DNA of 64,000 nucleotides, taken from Lama glama. Lineage: Eukaryota. Under the pieces are notes generated by a model. That model worked only from the letters and a program-made list of their open reading frames with translations. It ran no database searches and was not told the origin of the DNA. Numbering within the stretch: position 1 is the stretch's first letter; every line of letters starts with the position of its first letter. Below are positions 55,021 to 64,000 of the stretch, in pieces. Both the position numbers and the translations under genes were made by a program. The stretch lies in contig CM052817.1 of the NCBI GenBank assembly GCA_028534125.1, positions 102,798,001-102,862,000 of the forward strand, written 5' to 3'.

Positions 55021-56573
55021 AAATTGAAGTTGGGACTTGCCCAAAGATACTTAAATCTGTAGTTGCATTCCTGAAATTAGGCTTTTTGGGCATTCATGTG
55101 TACGTTTGTGACTGCTACAGTAGTCATGTTGCATTTTGGTTTGTTTTGGTGCTCATTTTTCAGTTCAGATTTACCCTGTGTTATTTTTTTCAATGATAAG
55201 AAGGATCATACTTCTTATAGGAATTGATCTTTGGCCTGCTCATCACTCCAATCATTTCGTGGCTTCTAAATTTATTTGAAATTACCATAATTGGCCACAA
55301 TTTCATGAAACAATTATTTTGCTATGATAATGCTGTATTTACGTCTCAAAAAATTAATTTAAATTATTAAAGATTTTGAATGTTGGTACTGCACAAAATA
55401 CTGAGGGCCATCTAGAATAAGATATATTTTAAGCCAAACACTTCGCACTCTGTTGGAATTAGTATTGGGTCTTTGTCTTATACAAGCTGTGGCATATCAC
55501 ATAGCACATTTAACAAGCCCTAGTGTACGTCTCCCCTGCATATGGAGACGTGGTAAATGGTGCCATTGATATGGATGGCAACCTTCATCAGTTCTTTGAC
55601 CTGGAAGACAACTGCTTTCTACCACTTCCTCTCACTATCATCACTTTGACTGAGCTTACTCACTGAGTCGGACAACTTGGAGCGCTTGCCATTTTTTAAA
55701 ATCTCTAAATTCATGAAGTACATGTTCTTCAAAACCCCATTAAATTCTTACCTCCTTTTGTCTTAGGATTACACACAATGTACATTAGCTGATGTGTAAA
55801 TTGTCAATACTTTCCTAATCACCTACTTATAAAGCAGTGTGCTGAGTGTCATGAGGGACACAGAGGTACGCTCCCTGCTCTCATCAGTGATGAAGGCAGA
55901 CATTTGAACCGACAGTGGAGATGGAGTTATGACAGCTGTTGCAGGGCAAAGTCCCACTGTGGGAAGCTCAGAAATGGATGAGAATAAAATATTGGAAAGA
56001 TTTCCACCGATGAGAAAGGAAAGACTTTCGAGTAACTAAAATGTCACAAAAACAAACATGAAGATATGATAGTAAATAGGGAAAATTAGTTTAGTGGGAT
56101 AAAACAAGTAAAATGGAGAACTCTGAAAAGAGTCAAGTTAATAAAAGAATGAGTATGCATATGAGTTTGTTACAAACAGAATTTGAGCAATGAAATAATA
56201 AACGATTGGGGCTTTGGATGCATTCGTTTTACAGAATTGAAGAGTGGGAAAGAGAAAACATGTATTGATCTGAATACATTATATATTTAGAAATATGTAA
56301 GCTGAGATATATCCACTCCTTTTAGATAACCAGAGGAAGGAAGGACAGTCTAGCTTTGGCCTTTTAAATATTAAATACACATAAAGAACTAGGAGGGACT
56401 TCAAATGTAATCAAAACTTGTCAAGCTAAAATTAAGAGTAATTCAGAAGGAAACATTGCTTAAATAAGTCACAGCTAAAAAATTATGGCTCTATCCAAAA
56501 ATATATAGAAAAATGATCATCTATATTTTTTCTTAATGTCACTTAGGGTTAAAATTAAAACCCATTACTTTTT

Positions 56574-56772
56574 TGTTGAAATACGGTTGATTTACAGTGT
56601 TGTGTTAGTTTCAGGTACATAGCATAGTGATTCAGTGATACATATATATATTCTTTTTTATTATCAGCGATTACAAGGTATTGAATATAGTTCCCTGTGC
56701 TACACAGTAGGACCTCATTATCTATTTTATATATAGTAGTTAGTATCTGCAAATCCCAAACTCCTAATCTAG
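56574..56772 (-). mobile_element. L1 3' terminal fragment fused to U6
   Basis: ...CTACTGTGTAGCACAGGGAACTATATTCAATACC...GAAACTAACACAACACTGTAAATCAAC, a typical artiodactyl L1 3' end; shares one TSD pair with the U6 copy. Confidence 0.88.
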
Positions 56773-56865
56773 AAAAAATATGGAATTTGTGTGTAATCCT
56801 TATGCAGGGACCATGCTAATCTCTGCATCCTTCCAATTTTATATATGTGCCTCTGAAGGAAGCAC
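56773..56865 (-). pseudogene. U6 snRNA retropseudogene (5' half of a U6-L1 chimera)
   Basis: Minus strand reads GTGCTTCCTTCAGAGGCACATATATAAAATTGGAAGGATGCAGAGATTAGCATGGTCCCTGCATAAGGATTACACACAAATTCCATATTTTTT, a diverged U6 with small internal deletions. Confidence 0.93.
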
Positions 56866-58401
56866 AAAACCCATTACTTTTTAGGTTAAGTTAAATGTTC
56901 TGGGAAAATGTGGTAGAAACAAAGCCAGATGTTGTAATTCCCCAATACCTAGTGAAATACTTATTTCCCCCACCCTCAAAATATGTGTCACTAGGGCAAG
57001 AACAATTTCCTCCAAAGGACTTGAGCAGTTATTTTTACTTCCCTAAATGAACTGTAATAGAAGGTATTCAAATAGCTGTAGCTTATTAGGGAAAATTACT
57101 CTTTATAGAAGAATTTCAGCTAATACATGTAGAAGGAATACAAGAAAAGAACAACATTAGAAAAGCATGATTTTGCAATGAGGAGAACTTGCACAATGCA
57201 GGGACCTGGCTGTCACCACCTGAATCCACTGATCAGTCACAGTGTCACTAAAGTGGTAGGTCCAGGCACTCGTACCTCTTGATGTGATGCAGGGTAGAGT
57301 AGACAGCACACCGTATGTTCTTGGCAAACAAATAAACAAAAATGGAGGCTAAATTTAAATATCCAGATGTTTACATATAGGTTTCAATTAACTGGAAATA
57401 CAGAGGGAAAAGCTTGAAAATTTTCACAATGAAAAATATTTTAAAGTATCCATCATTGTTTGGAGAACTGCTGTTACTGCAACTTGGCTACATTACGGGA
57501 TTTGTGGGAGGATGTGGCAGCAGAAGAAGTGGAGACGGAAGCTGTGGTAAGTTCATGGCATTCCTTAAATGTTACATCAAAGAAAGTAGATTTTGTTATC
57601 AGGCTAGCATTTCCCAAAATGTGTTCTGGGTTATTGATACACATTCTTCACTATTAAAAGGGTGGGATGGGTGTTTCATTTTTTAAATAAGTTTAGAGAA
57701 CACTGTATTCTGTATTCCTTTCAATTGGCTGAATACCAGTAAGGTTTAGCACGCTGCTTATAGAAATAACCTGTTGAAATTTAACACAGAGTTTTCACAA
57801 CTTACAGAATGGTTGTTTTGGAGAGAGTACTGTTACCATCCTGTAAGAAGCAAATCTAGAAAACACCACTGTAAGAGGAAACAGTGAGGAATCTCAAAAA
57901 GCGTGGTATTTTTTTCTCCGATGAGTATTTTTTTAAGATAATTCTGGTGGCAGTGAATTGGTGAGGCAAGACTGGAGAGCAGTTGGAATGCACCAGGTGT
58001 AAAGTGACAAAGACATGAATGGACCAGGGGACTGACATGGAACGAAAATGGAAACCAAAAGACATAGTGAATATCCACAGAAACTCTTTGTGTAAATTTT
58101 AGAGGGTGCACAACAGAATCACTAAAATAGAATACTGAGCTTTCCAATTCAGGTGAGTGGGAGGTTGGCAACGCCACCACGTAGCTAGAACAGAAGGAAA
58201 GGCAGCTGAGGTGGTGAAGGAACACACTTGGAGCAGATGCACAGAGGTCTGTGATCAAAGAATACATTTATTTAAAATATAATATTCTCTTACATAAAAT
58301 TGATACCTTCTCATGGGCAAAATACTAAGCAAATATTAAAACACGAATCTTACCTATGGGTCTTTCTCCCTCCTATGTAAGTCATTCCCTGGTTCTACTC
58401 A

Positions 58402-58824
<423 letters not shown>

Positions 58825-59006
58825 TTAAAGCCCAGAGCAGCTCTTTAGATTCTTAGAACTCAAGACTAAATTTATTTTTAAATTTAAGACTTCCTGACAA
58901 CTAAGGGAAATGGAGTATTTCTCAAGTTTGATTTAATAGTATGTTATATATATGAATATTCTATGAAAATATACACATAACCTATATGATAATTATTTCT
59001 TAATCA

Positions 59007-59240
<234 letters not shown>

Positions 59241-60690
59241 TTACCTCTTAAAGGACAAGTTAAAATGTCTTATTTACATATTTATATAAATATGCCTGCA
59301 GTCAAAATGCATGAAAGAAAAACTTTAATTATATTACATACTTTAAAAAAGCCTTAAAATATTTAAATAATTCATGTCAAAATACTATTCTTAAAGCTCT
59401 GTGAGCAAATTTTGATGAATTTTCATACAACAGCCTACAGTGGGTAGAAGTCAAGTCTTTCACATATTTTGTATTCTGCTTTGTATCATGTATTATGTAT
59501 TCTGCTTTGTTTGATCGCTAAGAAATTCACCATCAGAATAAAATAGACATTTTTTAAAAGTCTTACGATGTTCAAAACTCTTACTCCTGCTAAATCCCTA
59601 ATCCTTTAAATCACAATTGATATTCCATAATATAGCCTAAAATTGTGAATATCATACTGTAGATGCAGTAAATGAAGTAAGGATAAGATAGACATGGTCT
59701 CAGATTCTGAGACAGCGGGCTACCTCCATTCCAGTTTCCCTGGGATTCACATCCAGACAACAGCATGGTTTAGAGATCAGCACAGAAAGTGAACAGGCCA
59801 ACAACACAAAATGCAGTCTATTCTGCAGCAATGTCGCGTCTGTATTTACTAACTTTTCTTGGTAGCCTTTTGTAACATTTTTTCTTACTGGTCTATTTTT
59901 CCTAAATGTGCGTGATTTTGTTTTTCTTATTTATATATGACTGCTGATATCAATCTCTTACAGCTTGCATACACTTCAGAAAACAAATATTGAATGTGTG
60001 CCCCCTGTGTGTGTGTCCCTAACATGTCTATCTTTTTAATATCCTGGAGTAAAGCATCTTTGCTTTGGAAAATTAATTCTTGAAAGTAGGCACTTTTAAG
60101 TATTTTATTAATAATCAGTCAATTTAAGGGACATTAGGATATGAACTTTGAAAAGAAGACTTTTAAAAAAAACCCTCTAAAATTATTAGTGATTAATAAA
60201 TACAATACTTTAAACTAATCATGAAGCTAGAAGGCAATTCCTCTGAATGTTTCCTACATACATATCTTTGGAAGGATCAAAAATATTTTCAAGTATGTTT
60301 AATCTAATTAATCAGTTTACCAATTTAAGTGGATTTTATTTCAGAACAAACAGCCATGATATTTTTTCATTTGATTTAAATTTATGTAGCTCCATGCTTG
60401 ATAAAATCACTGTAGTGTGAAGCCAATGTACTGGAAATAAATATCAACAATCAAATAAACAACTAATATAACTTTTTAAAAAGGAGACGCTGAAAATAGG
60501 TTGAAATATTTCAAATGTTCCAAATTATGTTCTAGAAAACTTACATCGAAAATCAACTAACAAAATAAAAACGAATAAAGGACTCTCAGAATATATCCTT
60601 TCCATACTGTGCATCTTAATGGCAAACTGAACTGCTGTAATATTCACTGTACATCAAGTCAAGCGTCTGCAACTTTAAACATTGATATAC

Positions 60691-60771
60691 CAGCGCCAAT
60701 TCTTCTTATCCTCTCTATAAGTTGATAGAGGGCCCCTCGTTTCTTTGACATACCATGGTCTCCAAATCCAC
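60691..60771 (-). CDS. TLL1: TLL1 coding exon (~exon 3), prodomain
   Basis: 81 nt, ttaAG|GTGGA...GCTG|GTatat; encodes (G)[26 protein letters not shown](G), matching the recalled TLL1 prodomain; phase 1/1; not in the ORF track. Confidence 0.93.
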
Positions 60772-63700
60772 CTTAAAGAATAAAGGAAATGGTTAAGTTA
60801 AACTCGCTGTAAATTAAAGTTCTTCTAAATAAGCAATAGGAGTAGGTGACATTGATTCTTCTTTGGGTATCTCTTTGTATGTGGTCTTACAGGGTTAGAG
60901 TCATGAATATCCTTAAGTCTTGGAAAAGGGTTAAAAATTCTACAATAACAAGTTTTAGCAACTAAAACTAAGGGGTGGGAGAGACCCAGAGAGCAATCTA
61001 AATGACTTTATTTGGGCATCGTGGCAATTGAGTCATCTATTGACAATTTCAAACATTTTTCTTCACTGTGACCTTGACATCGCATAGTATTGTATAGGAT
61101 GACAGCAAGTTGTTCTGCCCTGTGGAGTGCATTCCAGCTACTTCCCCAGTGTGAACTAAAAGTTTTCAGATACCAAATCAGCAAATGGGAATAAAAACGT
61201 TAGAAGAGCATGCTGTATGTCAATTACTCCTCAATGAAACTGGGGAAAAAAAGAGCAAGTGTATAGTGCAAGTTTTGCTCCAAGGCTTAGATTTCTAAAA
61301 GCATGTGATGTTTTATAATATATTCAAATAAATTTTGAAAATTAGTTTCTGTGATTTATAAAAACCAACAATATCTAATTAGAAAAAGGTGAGATTCCAA
61401 AGGATGTCTGGCTGCAAAATACATTGTTACGCTATGCAATTTGCAAAAATTATTTAAAAAGATGTAAAGAATTTTATAGCTCAAAAAGTAGAGGAAAGAG
61501 TGGGGATAAGAAAATGTGTCTTCTTGTAATTTTAAGAACAAGGTCATAATTAGAAAGTAAGTAGATCATTTGACAAAAATCCAACTCTTTTTAATTCTCA
61601 TTCCAGGGCTTTAATAAAATGCCTCAAGTTTTATCTCCTGTTTTGCATTCCCCTTGAATTTTTGATTGATTGGCAAATAATAAAGAGGTATCATTGAGCA
61701 GATAACTAATATGATCACTAACGATGTCAGAACAAGTGGTTCATGAGCGTGTGGACATAATGGAAGAGGACCAGAAATTCACAGAAATGACGAATTGCTC
61801 CTACACTTTGAGCTATTTCCTTCCAATATCCTTTCTGCCTTTAATACTGAAACTTCAATTACCTAGATTGAAGCTAATGAAAAACAATAATAAAAATTAT
61901 TACCATATAAGCTACTCACAGGAAAAATCAATTAAGTCCTTATAAGGCAAATAAGTCAGAGTGCTTGTTCCCTAACTGATAATCTGCTTAATTATGTGCA
62001 TTACACAGTCACATTTTTGCTATGCCCCTTGAGAAAAATTTTTGAAATTTTTTCATTGAACATTTTAGAAAGATGAGATAATACTTAAATGTATTCATTC
62101 CTAAGTAGTTACAAGAAACATTTTTGAAGGATGGTAAAAATGTATTTGAAATGACCATTGTGTAAAAATTATATTGCAAATTAGGCCTGAAACACATATA
62201 AATAACTATAGAATGAGGCTAATCCTGAGGAAAAAAGAAATGTCTTAGTTAATATTATGGTGATTATAAGGATAAGAGTAATTATAGACCAGAGAAAACA
62301 TTTCAAGATTATCAAAGACAATAATGTTTTTAATAGTTTAGTAATTTTGAATAATTTTTATAGCTATTGAAATAAAATTTTGTGTAGGTAGTTCACTGAA
62401 ATAGAAAAAAAGAAAATTCATAGATGATTATTTCTCACATATCCTAAAAATTCCAAAATGAAAATATACAAGCCAAATAAATATTTATGGGAAAGACAAC
62501 ACATTTTGAAATAAAAAATATAGTCAGTTCAACACAAACTACCAAGGAAGGGAAAAGATAGAGCAGGAAAGAGCTAAATGACTACTTCTACAATGTTTGA
62601 AATCCAACTGAATAGTGCAAAATACTTCGAAATACATAATATTCATTCATATATATATATATATATATAGAATATATGTTTTTTAATGATTGATAGTGTA
62701 ATCTTATTTTATGCTATTTATCTAAAATAATGGTATTTTCTTCCAAATATTACACTTTCAGAGTTTAACTATAAATGAAATGACAAAATTATATAGTACT
62801 AAAATGTTCTAAATCACAGAAAATAAAAGCCCCTAATACAAAGAGAGGAAAATGAGTTAAAGAAAAGTCTTGAATAAAGCTTGAATCTAACCAGTTTTAA
62901 TAAAGACTGAAAATGGAGCATGCTAAGTCTAAGCTTTTGCTGAGTTGTATCATTACTTTGTTGTCCCAAATCCATTGTCTCTGTGTCAGTGTTAAGTGTG
63001 CTTGAAGAGTCCGTTGATAAACACATCCTACGGGAATGTGCTGTCTGTGATGACACTGCAAAGCAGCTTTCCTCCTATATTTGGTCTCAGTTTTAGAAAA
63101 GCCTTTCATGGCTCGTACTTTTCACTATAACTAAGGCTAACGCGTATTATTTTTAAGTAATGTATTATTTTAAATCACTTCCTTAAAGTTTTATTATCTT
63201 AAATAAATTTCATACATGTAATAATTGTATTTCAATTATAGACAATAATGTCTTTATCCTTAAAAAGTGCATGCTAACCTACTTAACATTGAAAAGCTAT
63301 GTTGTCTGCAATTAACCTCAAAATATTTTATACACCCTTCTGCATGTATGCGCGCACACACACACACACAAAGCTAATACAGTAAACGTAACAATCGTTG
63401 ACTCTTAGAGGTGTATGGGTATTGCTTGTATTATTCTATTAACTTTTCCACACTTTTGAAACTTATAATAAAAAGTTGTGAAAAAGTAAATTGGGCAAAG
63501 AGATGTTAATTCATAATAAAAAGTCTTAAGTCTAAAATGTCCTTGTCTGCTAGATACCACAAAGGGACGATATATATTATTTTCCACAGAATACAAGAAG
63601 AAAATAAAAATAGCATTGAGCATGAGGAGAGAGTCAATAAAATCAAAAAGCATGACACTGAATCAATGTTTCAGCTATAACAACAAAATGAAGTTTTACA

Positions 63701-64000
63701 TTTTTAACCTTGCGATGTTCCTCAAATAAAATACAGAGTAAAAAGTTGCATCAAAATAATATGAATCATTTTTTTAAATTTTAATTAAACTATTTAAAAA
63801 GGAGAACCCAAATAATTTTTTAAATATATTACAAATCTCATATAGGCATAATTCAAACATGTTCAAACAGTTAAACTGAAATTATCTTCCAGGTTTTCAC
63901 AAAAATTATAAAGCTAGATCAATTTCTCTAAATAAGCTTGTGTGTAATCACTCTAAGAATAATTAATGTTTTGTAACTCAGTATCCAAATAGAAGGCAAC

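Noticed and set aside
55527..55551. Hairpin ACGTCTCC-N9-GGAGACGT
   Set aside because: An 8-bp stem is expected by chance in 64 kb; no ncRNA context
56773..56865. Functional U6 snRNA gene
   Set aside because: Internal deletions, altered ACAGAGA box, fusion to L1 and TSDs mark it as a retrocopy
59470..59511. Short direct repeat TGTATTCTGCTTTGT x2
   Set aside because: Simple slippage duplication, only two units, not an array

Overview
AT-rich mammalian genomic DNA carrying the central part of TLL1 (tolloid-like 1, a BMP1/tolloid astacin metalloprotease) on the minus strand. I read 13 coding exons directly from the sequence, numbered 3-15 by analogy to the human gene as I recall it. They total 1727 nt, splice in frame, and encode the end of the prodomain, the furin site RVPR/AAT, the astacin domain ([16 protein letters not shown]), CUB1, CUB2, EGF1 and the start of CUB3. 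The gene continues beyond both window ends. The introns hold many L1 fragments (mostly antisense to TLL1), older L2/MIR/DNA-transposon relics and microsatellites. A tRNA-Ala-derived SINE suggests a camelid host. There is one 500-N gap with a 183-bp overlap, probably an assembly artefact. I see no evidence of a new multi-gene biological system. The most notable observations are a U6 snRNA-L1 chimeric retrocopy with a 17-bp TSD, a GC-AG intron, an L1 5'UTR-only insert between direct repeats, an extra Cys in CUB2 and a possibly locally templated L1 snippet. Repeat family names and comparisons to human TLL1 come from memory, not from a search, and most repeat boundaries are approximate.
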